DNA of 64,000 bases from an uncultured virus (IMG/VR IMGVR_UViG_3300044950_001783) (IMGVR_UViG_3300044950_001783); one strand, 5' to 3'; counted from the stretch's first letter, positions 42,859-53,132 are shown. The notes: a model not told the origin generated them from the letters alone. Numbers and translations are program-made.

Positions 42859-43161
42859 ATGAAGAAGGCTAAGACGGTCGCAGAGGCGAAAGTACTGGAA
42901 GCCATCCCCAACATCGGTCCGGCAGTTGCCGGGTATCTGCGTGAGATCAGCATCCACAAACCGTTGGATCTCGTGGGGCAGGATCCCTACGTCATGTTTC
43001 AGCAGTTGTGCGCCCAGACCGGGGTTAACTACGATCCCTGTCTGCTCGACACCTTCATCGCTGCCACCCGTTTTATGGCCGGCGAACCACCGCAACCCTG
43101 GTATCGCTACACCAAGGAGCGACAGACCACGCTCAACACTTTTTCTTTCAGGACATCGTGA
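42859..43161 (+). CDS. Helix-hairpin-helix protein, Cdd1-like (moron)
   Basis: LEAIPNIGPAVA...GQDPY...LC...DPCLLDTF; GGAG RBS after an AT-rich intergenic region. Confidence 0.8.
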   Translation: MKKAKTVAEAKVLEAIPNIGPAVAGYLREISIHKPLDLVGQDPYVMFQQLCAQTGVNYDPCLLDTFIAATRFMAGEPPQPWYRYTKERQTTLNTFSFRTS

Positions 43162-44155
43162 CCCGTACCAGCAACGCCGGGCGGTGGCACATAGGCAGCG
43201 GGTTGCTCTGCGTGTGCAGGTCAGTGCCTCGGTCGAACTTGCGTGGTTCCTGCTTGGCGTAGAGCGGCTGACCCAGGGTATTCACCGTTTCGTTGAAGTC
43301 GGCCGGCGCAAAGTAGGTGTAGAAGGTATCCACGGTTCCCAGAGGGAAGGCATGGCCTTCGCCTGCTGCGATAAAACGGCGGGTGATCGTGCCGTCAGAC
43401 GCCTCTCCCACATACTCTTGGAAGGTGATGCCGGCAAAGTTGAATTCATTGCGCATGTCGGAGCGCAGCGCATTCCCGGTTTGCCAGTTCTCATAAGCCT
43501 TTTCGACCTTGGAGTGACTGGTTAGCGCATCGAAAAACTCCGGGGATACCAGGCATTTGACGCTCGTCATGAACTCGCCTTGGAGGGATTTTTCCAGATA
43601 GCGCTTGAGATCGGTGCAGGTCTTCTTGATATCCGTTCCGGCATTGGAGAACTTGAAATCCACCACCTTGGGCGGGATATCGAACACATCATAGAGGTCA
43701 AAAAGCTCCGAGCCGTCCGCATCCAGAATTACGCCCTTCAAGGCACCCATGCGCAGATGTTCCAGGGTTATGGCGTGTTTGTTCCGCATGGTCTGCAGGT
43801 GCTCGACCATAACATTGGAGATGGACTGCAACTCGGATTCCATGCCGAAGGCGCGGATGCCCTGTACCTCCTCCGGCAGCACCACATCCTCGTGCGGGAT
43901 GTGGGGGATGACGAAGGAACGCAGCTTGCGTTTGCCGCGCACACCCACGGTACCCGGCGAGCCCACAGGCATGGTCGGCAGCAGGCTCAGGACACCGTTT
44001 TTTTCCTCGATGGCAATCTGGCGGAAACGCACCGGTTTCGCCGGAAACTGGTTCATCTGGTCCATCAACCCGAAGTTGTTCGGCAAGATGTTGATGGCGG
44101 TGGACAGCGCCGTCATGGAGAAAGCCGGGTTGTCGAAGGGATTGTTCATGGGCAT
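43148..44155 (-). CDS. Major capsid protein (lambda gpE-like)
   Basis: 335 aa; IPHIPHEDVV, TLEHLRMGALKG, TQSNPLPMC. Confidence 0.9.
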   Translation of the reverse strand: MPMNNPFDNPAFSMTALSTAINILPNNFGLMDQMNQFPAKPVRFRQIAIEEKNGVLSLLPTMPVGSPGTVGVRGKRKLRSFVIPHIPHEDVVLPEEVQGIRAFGMESELQSISNVMVEHLQTMRNKHAITLEHLRMGALKGVILDADGSELFDLYDVFDIPPKVVDFKFSNAGTDIKKTCTDLKRYLEKSLQGEFMTSVKCLVSPEFFDALTSHSKVEKAYENWQTGNALRSDMRNEFNFAGITFQEYVGEASDGTITRRFIAAGEGHAFPLGTVDTFYTYFAPADFNETVNTLGQPLYAKQEPRKFDRGTDLHTQSNPLPMCHRPALLVRVTMS

Positions 44156-44157
44156 GG

Positions 44158-44544
44158 TCAGATTCCTTTGCGAACGAGGATGCCGAGCGCCTTGAGTTGG
44201 GCGCTGGCGGATTTTTTCTCGGCGACGGTGATGCCGGTGGGCCAGACCAGAGCGTGGTCAGCGACGATGGCGTGGCGGGCGACGATGAGTCCGTCATCCC
44301 GGTCGGCCAGGTTGGCGTCCACCGCCTGAATCAGGACGCCGGCAGAAGTCTGGGAGCCATCGGTGGCAGAGGGATCGACCGCCTTGACCTTCGAGGATGC
44401 GGTGACCACGCCTACGACCGCGCCCAGCGCCAGAACCTGGCCGGCGGCGACGGTGACCTGATCGCGGGAATACAGATTGGGTGCCTCATATTTGAGGAGG
44501 TCCCCCAGGTTGAGGCCTTCGGTGAATACAGGTTTGGTCGGCAT
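44158..44544 (-). CDS. Head decoration protein
   Basis: YSRDQVTV...DPSATDGSQTSAGVL...LKALGILVR. Confidence 0.85.
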   Translation of the reverse strand: MPTKPVFTEGLNLGDLLKYEAPNLYSRDQVTVAAGQVLALGAVVGVVTASSKVKAVDPSATDGSQTSAGVLIQAVDANLADRDDGLIVARHAIVADHALVWPTGITVAEKKSASAQLKALGILVRKGI

Positions 44545-44547
44545 GGG

Positions 44548-45798
44548 TCAGTCCTTTCCGGCACGGGCGCGTGCCTGGGCGATGAGGGGGTTGTCCTTGA
44601 GGGCTTCAGGCTTCGCAGCCATGGCTTCAGGGGTCAGGTGGGAGGTGATTTCGGAACCATCGGCGCGAAGCGCCAGCAACGTGCGGCGCACGTTGGCCAC
44701 CGGGGTCTGGGCCGCGAGGTAGCTCGCGGTGCGCTCGGGCACGCCAGCCAGTTGGCAGAGTTCCGCCACCTCGATGGCGTCGGCATAACTCAGGGCGGTG
44801 GCGGTCGGTTCAGCCACTGTTGTAGGAGAAGTCCGGTCAGCAACAGCGCTGGCAGGGCTTCCGGTATCAGGGTCAGGGGCATGCATGGAGTTCTCCATAT
44901 CAAGGGTTGTCAGGGGTGAAGCCAGGGGTGATGTCACTTCCTCGGCCCGCGCCGCAGACAGGCGCTGCACGGTTCGAGGGGTGAGGAAATCGGCCATCTC
45001 GGCCAGGGTGTCGTCGAAGGTGGCCACGGCATCGGCCAGCCCCGCTGTGACAGCGGCGTCGCCAAAGTAGAGACCGGCCTCGGTAGCGCGCAGGGCATCC
45101 GCACTGAGGCGTCCGTGGCTCGCCACCGTGTCGATGAAGAGGCCGTAGAGCCGGTCCACCTCGGCCTGCAACATGGCGCGGGCCTCGTCGGTGATGGCGG
45201 TGTGCGGCGAGAGGTCGTTCTTGTGGGCGCCAGCGACGATCGGCGTGTACTGCAGCCCCGCCTTCGCATCCATGCCAGACTGGTCAATGTGCATCGCAAT
45301 CACGCCCACCGAGCCGATCCCCGCCGTGCGCGTGACCACCAGCCGAGAGGCCGCGCTCGCCAGGGCATAGGCCGCCGAGAAAGCGGATTCATTGGCGATG
45401 GCCCAGACTGGCTTGATCTTGGCCGCAGCGGCAATGCGGTCAGCCAGGTCGAACACGCCGCCGGCCTCGCCGCCCGGTGAATCCACGTCGAGCAGGATGC
45501 CGGCAACGGACGGATCGGCCAGCGCTGCTGCCAGTCCGATTTGAATCGCCTGGTAACTCAGTAGCCCCGATTCCGCCTCCATCCCCAGGGTGCGGCGCAC
45601 CAGGGAACCGTGTATGGGAAGGATGGCGATGCCCGGCGTGGGCGAGGCCACTGGCCGGGAGGAAGGCAGCGCCGCTTGCGGCAGCGTGCCGTCCAGACCG
45701 AGCCGAGGGGCCATGACCGAGAGGATCACGTCCAGTTTGGGACGATGGATCAGCAGCGGCACGCCGAACAGGCGTCCCGCCAGATGCGGATAGAGCAT
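44548..45798 (-). CDS. S49 prohead protease/scaffold (gpC-like)
   Basis: LDVDSPGGE, AFSAAYALASAA, GSVGV. Confidence 0.92.
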   Translation of the reverse strand: MLYPHLAGRLFGVPLLIHRPKLDVILSVMAPRLGLDGTLPQAALPSSRPVASPTPGIAILPIHGSLVRRTLGMEAESGLLSYQAIQIGLAAALADPSVAGILLDVDSPGGEAGGVFDLADRIAAAAKIKPVWAIANESAFSAAYALASAASRLVVTRTAGIGSVGVIAMHIDQSGMDAKAGLQYTPIVAGAHKNDLSPHTAITDEARAMLQAEVDRLYGLFIDTVASHGRLSADALRATEAGLYFGDAAVTAGLADAVATFDDTLAEMADFLTPRTVQRLSAARAEEVTSPLASPLTTLDMENSMHAPDPDTGSPASAVADRTSPTTVAEPTATALSYADAIEVAELCQLAGVPERTASYLAAQTPVANVRRTLLALRADGSEITSHLTPEAMAAKPEALKDNPLIAQARARAGKD

Positions 45799-45810
45799 GG
45801 GGAAACCCTT

Positions 45811-47361
45811 TTAGATCAGGAGCGCCGGATCGGCCGCCTGGGGATCAGAGGTGGGATCGGCAGGAGCGGGTTCTGCCGGTGTGTTCCTGGATGGCATGAC
45901 GGCGGTGGGCTGGTCGTGCCGGGGGTCGGACTCGAACACCAGCCCCAGTGCATCCGCCCGGGCGTTGTCGGCCGCGATCTCGCGATCAATGTCCTCAGCG
46001 TCGTAGCCGAAGGAGGAAATCGCCTCCGAGCGGGACAGTAGCCCGGCGCGGATGGCGGTCAACATGGCGTTGAATTCCTTCTGTGGGTCCACCCACTGCC
46101 AGCCCTGCGGGATCCACTTGCAGGCCAGGTATTCGCGCCGTCTTTTGGAATAGCCGGGCAACTTCAGTGCGCCCGACAGCACCGCCTGCTCCATCCAGGC
46201 CGACCAGATCGGCCGGCACAACTGATGCACGATCACGCCATGCTGGATGGCCTCGCAGCGACGGCGAAACTCCAGGAGCCCGGCCCGGATGCTGCTGTAG
46301 TTCACCTGGGTGAGGTCGCCGGTCAACTGCTCATAGGTCACGCCCATGGCGGCAGCCACCGCGCGGAACTGCATGCGCAGAAACTCGCCGTAGGACGCGC
46401 CCACATCGGCCGGCTGCGAGAATTTGACGTCCTCACCCGGCTCCAGAATTTGCAGCGTGCCGGGTTCCAGGCCCGCCAGGGCCACCCCGTTCTGGTCGGA
46501 GTTGCCTTCCCCCATCAGGTTGTCCTCGGGGGAGAGGCGGGTGATGAAGCCGGCGAACATGGCGGCGGTCTTCTTCCTCACCAGTTCGGCGTCGTCGTAC
46601 TGGTCGAGTTCGTTCAGCTTCACCAGGGCGCGGGAGAGCCAGGGCTCACCCCGGATCTGGCCAGGTCGCAGCGGACGGAACAGGTGAATGATCTCGGCTG
46701 CATCCACGCGCACGGTGTCGATACCCCCCTGGCTGGACATCGGAGCCAGGGCACCATCCTCGGGATGGCTGCGGTAAAGGTGGTAGGCCACACGCCGGCC
46801 CAACTTGTCGAACTCGATACCGGCGCGCACCACGTTGCCCGAAGGCAGATCGCCGTTCATGGAAACCGGCAGATGCTCGGGTTCCAGCAACTGGATCTGC
46901 AGCGGCACAGCCAGCCCATCTTCTTCTCGGCGGGGGCGCAACCGCACCAGGCATTCTCCGCCTTCGAGCATGGCGCGGCAGGCCATCGCCTGCAGACCGT
47001 AGAAATCGGTCAGGCTGGCAGCGTCAGCTTCCTCACACCAGTCCCGCCACAGCGACTGGATGCGCTCGCGTTGCGCGGGATCCACCAGCATGGACTGGGG
47101 CTTGATGCCGGTACCGATGGCATTGGCGACGAAACCCTCCAGCGCGGCATTGGCCCAGGCATTGCGGCGCACTAGGTCGCGACTCTTGGTGCGCAACTCG
47201 GACTGGGTTGCCAGCATGGCCGCCACCGCGCCTGGATTGCCCGGCATCCAGGCCCAGGCGCGACGTCCGTATCCGGCCGCTTCATGGGTCGGGGTGCGAC
47301 CGAACAAGGCGCTGATCTTGCCAAACCAACCTGCTGACCATTTTGTGTTTCTTCTGGCCAT
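45811..47361 (-). CDS. Lambda-family portal protein
   Basis: LRTKSRDLVRRN, RPGQIRGEPW, VNYSSIRAGLLE, WVDPQKE. Confidence 0.93.
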   Translation of the reverse strand: MARRNTKWSAGWFGKISALFGRTPTHEAAGYGRRAWAWMPGNPGAVAAMLATQSELRTKSRDLVRRNAWANAALEGFVANAIGTGIKPQSMLVDPAQRERIQSLWRDWCEEADAASLTDFYGLQAMACRAMLEGGECLVRLRPRREEDGLAVPLQIQLLEPEHLPVSMNGDLPSGNVVRAGIEFDKLGRRVAYHLYRSHPEDGALAPMSSQGGIDTVRVDAAEIIHLFRPLRPGQIRGEPWLSRALVKLNELDQYDDAELVRKKTAAMFAGFITRLSPEDNLMGEGNSDQNGVALAGLEPGTLQILEPGEDVKFSQPADVGASYGEFLRMQFRAVAAAMGVTYEQLTGDLTQVNYSSIRAGLLEFRRRCEAIQHGVIVHQLCRPIWSAWMEQAVLSGALKLPGYSKRRREYLACKWIPQGWQWVDPQKEFNAMLTAIRAGLLSRSEAISSFGYDAEDIDREIAADNARADALGLVFESDPRHDQPTAVMPSRNTPAEPAPADPTSDPQAADPALLI

Positions 47362-47582
47362 CAGAACCCCTTGCTGGTGGTGACCCGGATCTGCCGGGGC
47401 GCTTGTGGCCACAGGCCGGTGTCCACCGCCTGGCGGTGCAGATCGGCCTGAACTTCACGGATCGCGGCTTTGAGTTCATCGACAGTGCGGTATTCCACGG
47501 TCTTGTCGGCGAAGGTGACGCGCTTTTCTCCCTTGGCCAGAGCTGCTTGCAGGGCGTCGAGTTGTTCCTGGGTGTAGGCCAT
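47361..47582 (-). CDS. Head-tail joining protein (gpW-like)
   Basis: YTQEQLDALQAALAKGEKRVTFADKTVEYR; just upstream of the portal gene. Confidence 0.85.
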   Translation of the reverse strand: MAYTQEQLDALQAALAKGEKRVTFADKTVEYRTVDELKAAIREVQADLHRQAVDTGLWPQAPRQIRVTTSKGF

Positions 47583-47974
47583 CAGCGGTACACCACGACG
47601 TTTATCTCACTGGAATCGGCCAGCGTGCCGGAGGGCGTGGCGCAGACCAGTTCGACGTCGTCGGTCGTCTTGTCATCGCAACTCACCCGGGCGGCGGCCA
47701 TCTTCATGGACTTGTCGCTGTTGCGAGCGAAAGCCAACCAGCAGTAGTGCTCGTCGGGCATGGATTCGGCGAAGACCACCCGATATTTGCCGGGGGACAG
47801 GCGCATGACCTTCTTCACGTTGTGCCCGGCGTGGACCACGACCTCACCCCGTACCCACCCAAAGCACACCCAGGCGCGGGCGAGGCCTGGATGCTCAGGG
47901 GTCACCCGGGCCTTCAGTTCCTGGCCGATGCGCGTGGCGAGGGCCGCGATGTGCTGCGCCAGGGTCATCATCAC
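47582..47974 (-). CDS. Phage hypothetical protein (fibre-tip-like)
   Basis: ARAWVCF...HNVKKV...GKYRVVF. Confidence 0.7.
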   Translation of the reverse strand: MMMTLAQHIAALATRIGQELKARVTPEHPGLARAWVCFGWVRGEVVVHAGHNVKKVMRLSPGKYRVVFAESMPDEHYCWLAFARNSDKSMKMAAARVSCDDKTTDDVELVCATPSGTLADSSEINVVVYR

Positions 47975-48747
47975 AGGCGAACCGTGGCGGTTAGTAGCCG
48001 ACGCTCGGCGGCAAGGCGCTTGATTCGGGTGCGATCGGCCAGGTACTCGATCTGGTAGTCCGTGGATGCAGGCACCAGGATGCGCTCCGTGGCTGGCGCA
48101 TAGAACTGCACCTCGGCCATGGCCAGCGCACCCTCATAGTCCGGTCGGGCGGTGGCGGTAATGTTGATTTCCCAGCAAGAGAAGCTGGCAGCCTGAGCCA
48201 GGCTGAACTGCCGGCGCTGCGCATTGCTCCAGGTCACGCCGGACTGGGTGTCGACTACGGTCCAGTTCACCCCATCGTTCGAACCACGCAGTGTCCAGTC
48301 CCTGGGGGCGCTGTCACCGTAGGCGTTGCGCGCCGTAATGGCGTAACTCAGCAGGCTTTTTGTCGTCGGGAAACAGCAGCGCCACCATCCACTGGTGACG
48401 TATGCAGCTGCCGTCCAGTGCATGGAAAGGTTGCCATCGACGGCACGCCAGGGGCCGGACGTCGAGGGATGTGTCGTCGACGCGGAAATGCTGCACAAGG
48501 GCGACGTATTTCCCGTCATCACCGGAATCAGGCTGGCCCCGGGTTCGAATACCTGTTCCGCGAGCGAGACCAGGCGCTGGTAATCAGGATCACTGGTGTG
48601 GACGATCTCCAGGGTTTCGCCCGGGCCCAGATCCAGGGTTTGCCGACTGCCAGGCAATACAGCGGGAACCGGCGGGGTGGCATTGCCCAGCCGCAGTTGG
48701 GTGATCCAGTCGCGAACCGTACCCAGATGGGTGTCGAGTGTGCTCAT
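47971..48747 (-). CDS. Discoidin (F5/8 type C)-domain protein
   Basis: WRAVDGN...SYAIT...APRDWTLRGSNDGVNWTVVD...AEVQFY. Confidence 0.75.
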   Translation of the reverse strand: MSTLDTHLGTVRDWITQLRLGNATPPVPAVLPGSRQTLDLGPGETLEIVHTSDPDYQRLVSLAEQVFEPGASLIPVMTGNTSPLCSISASTTHPSTSGPWRAVDGNLSMHWTAAAYVTSGWWRCCFPTTKSLLSYAITARNAYGDSAPRDWTLRGSNDGVNWTVVDTQSGVTWSNAQRRQFSLAQAASFSCWEINITATARPDYEGALAMAEVQFYAPATERILVPASTDYQIEYLADRTRIKRLAAERRLLTATVRL

Positions 48748-48772
48748 GAGATGCCTCGATCAAGAATTGGGA

Positions 48773-48810
48773 GCCCGGCCTGCCCGAAGGCAGGAAACCG
48801 GGCGGGCAGG
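48773..48810. other. Intergenic GC-rich hairpin
   Basis: CCTGCC-CGAA-GGCAGG inside an outer GCCCGG/CCGGGC pair. Confidence 0.5.
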
Positions 48811-48811
48811 T

Positions 48812-49303
48812 TTAGATCAGAGCGGCTTCGAAGGCAGCGACGAAGTCGAAGGCGGTGTCGCCCACATCGGCAGATGCCACCGCACCAATGTTGCTGCGGG
48901 CTTGAGCCTGCTCGGGTGCTGTCAGGGCCTGGGCGGCGTCATAACGAACACGCTTGTTGACCGCGTCCAGCAGCGCGGTGGCGGCGGTTTCACCGGTCTG
49001 GATGGCCTGCTGGATTTCCAGCAAGGTGTCGAACGCGGCATCGGCGCCACCCAGGATGTCAGCCTTCAATGCGTCGAGCAGGCCGACAATCTTGGAAGAC
49101 GAGTACGTGGTGCTGGTGGTGATCGCGCTGTCATCGATGCTGGTGGACGCATTGACCGCGTTCTTCAGTTCGTTGATGGCCGACACCAGGCTGGTCTTGT
49201 CGGTGGTGGACAGGGAGGCCAGCGAGCCGATCTTGGTGGAGACCGCGTTGAATTCCTGGGCAGCGCGAAGGACGAAGCTCTGGATCTGGGTTTGCAAACT
49301 CAT
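48812..49303 (-). CDS. Phage fibre-like structural protein
   Basis: LSTTDKTSLVSAINEL, AFDTLLEI, EQAQARSNIGA. Confidence 0.75.
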   Translation of the reverse strand: MSLQTQIQSFVLRAAQEFNAVSTKIGSLASLSTTDKTSLVSAINELKNAVNASTSIDDSAITTSTTYSSSKIVGLLDALKADILGGADAAFDTLLEIQQAIQTGETAATALLDAVNKRVRYDAAQALTAPEQAQARSNIGAVASADVGDTAFDFVAAFEAALI

Positions 49304-49351
49304 GGTGAGATTCCTTAAAGAAGATTGAAGGTTTTGGGCAAGACGCCCACA

Positions 49352-51304
49352 TCACCCGATCCAGCGGCTCTTGATGACGCGCCGCGCGGGTTTCGGGATT
49401 CCAGAAACACCGAGGCCACCGCTGGGGGTGGCCTCGATAGGGAATTCGGTTTCAGTCGTTTGTGGATCCGGGGGCGACAGCCCCATCTGCCGCTCCAGTT
49501 CACGCCAATGGCGTTCCTCGAAGCGGTCCAGCCCAGCGGCAGCAGCTGCGGCCCGGGCATAGACGTAGCAGTCCAGGGCCTCATTGCGCTCGCGGGTCTT
49601 CTGCCACTCCCGCACAGGGAAGCCGTTGCGGTTGCGGCGGGTGATCAATTGTTCGGCGCAGAGTTGCTGAATGAACTCGGCGTCCACCTTCGGCAGATGA
49701 ACGAAACCCGCAGGAAAGATGACCGTGACGTCGTCCTCGTCCACCTCGGCGGCTTTGCGCAGGGCGTTGTAGAACTCCAACTTGGCGATGCCCACCGCCA
49801 CCGAGTAGACCTTGATACCCCGGCGCAGCTTCTTGCCGGCCTGGGTAACGTCTACCGCTGTTGGCGTGCCGATCAGAGCCGCGCCTCGCGGCACACCCTT
49901 CACCGCCATCAGCCGGTGGTCCTTCGCCGTGCGCACGAAGGCGTAGGCCTCCTGGGTGGCGAAGCCGGTATCCAGGGCGATACGGGCCAGCGGCATCTGT
50001 GCGCCCGAGGCATGGGTCCAGGATTCGGTCAGTATCTGGGCCAACTGACGCCAGACCGTGTCCCGCGCGGTGTCGCCCATCAGCACTCGGTGCTCGATGA
50101 GCCACGCTTCCTTGCCGCGCCCGAAGGCCCAGATCGAGGCTTCGATGCGATCCTTCTGTACGTCGGCGCCGCCTACCAGCAGCAGGCCGCCGGAGGGAAT
50201 GCTGCCGATGCGGTAATCCTCGCGCCGCTCCAGTAACCGCTGCCAGTCCGGCGCCTCGCCTTCCTCGATCCAGGTCTCGCCCAGTTCCGTATTCTTGAAG
50301 GTCTTGATGGCCGAAGCCGATCCGGATTCCTTGTTTACGGAGGATTCCCAGGCGGCGGCGATGTCGCGCCAGAAGCGCCAGCCGATCGGGCTGTAGAGCG
50401 ACGACAGGTGGAAGCCTGCGGTTTTGCTATTGCTGGCAGCCATTGCCCGCCACTCGCCCGCCGCCAGCATTGCGGTCTTGTGATGTTCGGCAATGGCGGT
50501 GTCGCAGGTTTCGCAGACGTAGGCCGCCGTCTCGGGATGTTTCTTGTCCCAGCGCAGTTGCTCGAAGCGCAGCCACTGGCGGTGGCCGCAGTGCGGACAG
50601 GGCACGAAGTAGCGGCGCTGGTCGGACGCCTCGTATTCGCGTTCGATCGCTGACACCCCGGCGATGGTCGGGGTGGATACGATGAAGATCTTGCGCCGCG
50701 CGAAGGTGCGGGTGCGGGCTTCGGCCAGCGAAATCGCGTCACCCTCACCATCGACGTCTAGGGGATATCCGTCCACCTCGTCGAGGAAGAGATAGCGCAC
50801 CGGCATGCTTCGCAATCCGACGGCGCTGTTCGCTCCGGTCATCACCAGCACGCCGCCCCTAAATTCCTTGGCCAGGATGGTGTTGCCCGAGTCGCGGCTG
50901 CGGGCCGGCGAAATCAGTTCCTTCAACGTGGGCGACTCATCGATCAGCGGGTCGATGCGCTGCTTCGAGTTGCGCTTGGCCATCTCCACTGTGGGCGACA
51001 CCGCCATCATCGGGCCGGGCGCGTGGTGGATCACGTAGCCGATCCAGTTGTTGCCGCATTCCGTTTTGCCCAGTTGGCCGCCGGCCATGAACACGATGCG
51101 CTCGATGGGCGACGTCGGCGACAAGCAGTCCATGATCTCCTTGAGATACGGCGTGCGGCTGGTCCGCCATCGCCCGGGTTCCGAGGAAGATTTGCTGGAC
51201 AGCACCCGGTGCCGGTCGGCCCATTCCGACAGGGTCAGCATCGGGTCGGGGGTCAGCCCCTCGCGCCAGGCGCGTTCGATCTCGATGCCGCCTTCGTAAT
51301 CCAT
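49352..51304 (-). CDS. Terminase large subunit (lambda GpA family)
   Basis: Walker A GGQLGKTE, FLDEVD, STPT, VPCPHCG, GADVQ, RNEALDC. Confidence 0.95.
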   Translation of the reverse strand: MDYEGGIEIERAWREGLTPDPMLTLSEWADRHRVLSSKSSSEPGRWRTSRTPYLKEIMDCLSPTSPIERIVFMAGGQLGKTECGNNWIGYVIHHAPGPMMAVSPTVEMAKRNSKQRIDPLIDESPTLKELISPARSRDSGNTILAKEFRGGVLVMTGANSAVGLRSMPVRYLFLDEVDGYPLDVDGEGDAISLAEARTRTFARRKIFIVSTPTIAGVSAIEREYEASDQRRYFVPCPHCGHRQWLRFEQLRWDKKHPETAAYVCETCDTAIAEHHKTAMLAAGEWRAMAASNSKTAGFHLSSLYSPIGWRFWRDIAAAWESSVNKESGSASAIKTFKNTELGETWIEEGEAPDWQRLLERREDYRIGSIPSGGLLLVGGADVQKDRIEASIWAFGRGKEAWLIEHRVLMGDTARDTVWRQLAQILTESWTHASGAQMPLARIALDTGFATQEAYAFVRTAKDHRLMAVKGVPRGAALIGTPTAVDVTQAGKKLRRGIKVYSVAVGIAKLEFYNALRKAAEVDEDDVTVIFPAGFVHLPKVDAEFIQQLCAEQLITRRNRNGFPVREWQKTRERNEALDCYVYARAAAAAAGLDRFEERHWRELERQMGLSPPDPQTTETEFPIEATPSGGLGVSGIPKPARRVIKSRWIG

Positions 51305-51840
51305 CAATCCACCTTGGGGCGCAATTCGCCCAATTCCATCAGGTGCGTGCGCACCGCCGCGTCCAGGGCGATGTGCAGGGCATGGGCATCCATGCCGAGG
51401 GTGGCCGCCATCTGCGCCGACACCCGTGCCGGCCAGTTGAGCCAGGCGTCGCGTTCATTGCGCGCCAACTGGAAGACATGGGCGATGGCCTGGGAACGGT
51501 CGACCAGATCGCCCTTGAGCCGGGCCAGGCGCACCTTGTTGGTCTGCGCCTTGACCACTTCGTTGACCGTGCGAGCCTGCAGCAGCGAGGTGCCGCCGGT
51601 GCCCAGACTGGGGGTTTGCGGCTCGGCCTGGGCCGGCGCTTCCTTGACAGTGATGGTCTCGGCCCGGCGCTGGGTGCCCTGTGCCGGGGCCTCGGTGTTC
51701 TTGTTCCACTCCCGATCGACCTTGTCCGGATCCAGCGTGCCATCCGCCTCGGGCGTGATGCGGCCAGCGCGAATTGCCTTGTGTACGGCGGTGTCGGACA
51801 CCCCCCGATGGCGGGCGTAAGCGCGAATCGAGAGACCCAT
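51304..51840 (-). CDS. Terminase small subunit
   Basis: N-terminal HTH SIRAYARHRGVSDTAVHKAI; coupled to the large subunit. Confidence 0.85.
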   Translation of the reverse strand: MGLSIRAYARHRGVSDTAVHKAIRAGRITPEADGTLDPDKVDREWNKNTEAPAQGTQRRAETITVKEAPAQAEPQTPSLGTGGTSLLQARTVNEVVKAQTNKVRLARLKGDLVDRSQAIAHVFQLARNERDAWLNWPARVSAQMAATLGMDAHALHIALDAAVRTHLMELGELRPKVD

Positions 51841-51944
51841 GGAATCCAGCTAAAAATTGATGGTTTTGTTCGAGATAAAGCTTGGCTTGTCTCTGGCACA
51901 GCGCGTTCATGACCACACCATCAACCACGTCCACGGAGACGACC

Positions 51945-52211
51945 ATGACCACGCAAACCCCCGAAAAACGCCAGGAACTGATCGACGAACTGCGCGAGAT
52001 CCAGGTGCAGATGCTCGAGTGCATGGAGCAGGCCAAGACCCTGATCAAGCAAAGCGGCCTGGAGATGACCCTGCAACGTGCCGAGTCCTACTGGCTTGCC
52101 CACGCCAAGATGGCCCTGACCAACGACCACGGCTACCTGGGCGGCTCGATGTGCTCGATGGAAGACACCATCGCGGAAATCGAAGCGGCCACCGAGGACG
52201 ACGAGGACTGA
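51945..52211 (+). CDS. Cassette 1: small acidic hypothetical protein
   Basis: GGAG RBS; MTTQTPEKRQELIDEL...EDDED. Confidence 0.8.
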   Translation: MTTQTPEKRQELIDELREIQVQMLECMEQAKTLIKQSGLEMTLQRAESYWLAHAKMALTNDHGYLGGSMCSMEDTIAEIEAATEDDED

Positions 52212-52302
52212 TCGAGATCAGGAAGCCTGGCGAAACGCTTGGCTTCCTGCTTGAACAGCGCGTTCATCACATCACCATCAACGACGTCACAAGGACACGA
52301 CC

Positions 52303-52524
52303 ATGACCACGACCATGACCCAGATCGACACCATTTACGCCCTGATCGCCCAGAAGCACCTGCGCATCGAAACCCTGGAAACCCGCCATTCGGATCGCCT
52401 CGATTTCCACGACGTGGCGGTCTGGAGTGTCCGCGACGCCCTGGAAGCCGCGTTTAAAGCGGGCGTCGAAGTCGGCATGAACGTGTCGCGGCCCTCCGAG
52501 CAGGAAATCGCCAGCGCCGACTGA
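52303..52524 (+). CDS. Cassette 2: DUF6900-like protein
   Basis: IAQKHLRIETLETRHSDRLDFHDVAVWSVRDALEAAFKAG. Confidence 0.85.
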   Translation: MTTTMTQIDTIYALIAQKHLRIETLETRHSDRLDFHDVAVWSVRDALEAAFKAGVEVGMNVSRPSEQEIASAD

Positions 52525-52613
52525 ATACAGATCGAAGCCCAAGCGCGAAACGCTTGGCTTCACCTCGGAACAGCGCGTTCATGACATCACCATCAACCAG
52601 CAAGGAGCACGAC

Positions 52614-53132
52614 ATGACCACCATCAAACTGACCGAATCCCAAACCACCATCCTGACCCAGGCCGCCTACCGTCCTGATGGCGACATCGAACCCCTGCCG
52701 CCCACCCTGCGGGGTGGTGCGCGGGCCAAAGTAATCGGCGGACTCACCACGCGCGGACTGATCGTCGAGCAAGACGGCAAGCACGTCCTTACCGACGACG
52801 GCTACACCGCCATCGGCCGCAGCCGCCCGGCCCATAATCCGGAACCGACTGAGGACGCCGCCTTGGAGGCCGATGTCGCCGCCGCCGAAGCGACCTGGCA
52901 GGACACGGCCAAGGAGACCAAGCCCCGCACCCGCGAGAACAGCAAGCAGGCACAAGTGGTTGCAATGCTGAAACGCGCCGAAGGGGCGACGATTCCCCAG
53001 GTTATGGCCGCCACGGGCTGGCAGGCGCACACGGTGCGCGGCACCTTTGCCGGGGCCTTCAAGAAGAAGCTGGGCCTGAACCTGATCTCGGAGAAGACCC
53101 AGGGCGGCGAGCGGGTCTATCGCGTAGGTTGA
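52614..53132 (+). CDS. Cassette 3a: DUF3489 protein
   Basis: SKQAQVVAMLKRAEGATI...TGWQAHTVRG...RVYR. Confidence 0.88.
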   Translation: MTTIKLTESQTTILTQAAYRPDGDIEPLPPTLRGGARAKVIGGLTTRGLIVEQDGKHVLTDDGYTAIGRSRPAHNPEPTEDAALEADVAAAEATWQDTAKETKPRTRENSKQAQVVAMLKRAEGATIPQVMAATGWQAHTVRGTFAGAFKKKLGLNLISEKTQGGERVYRVG

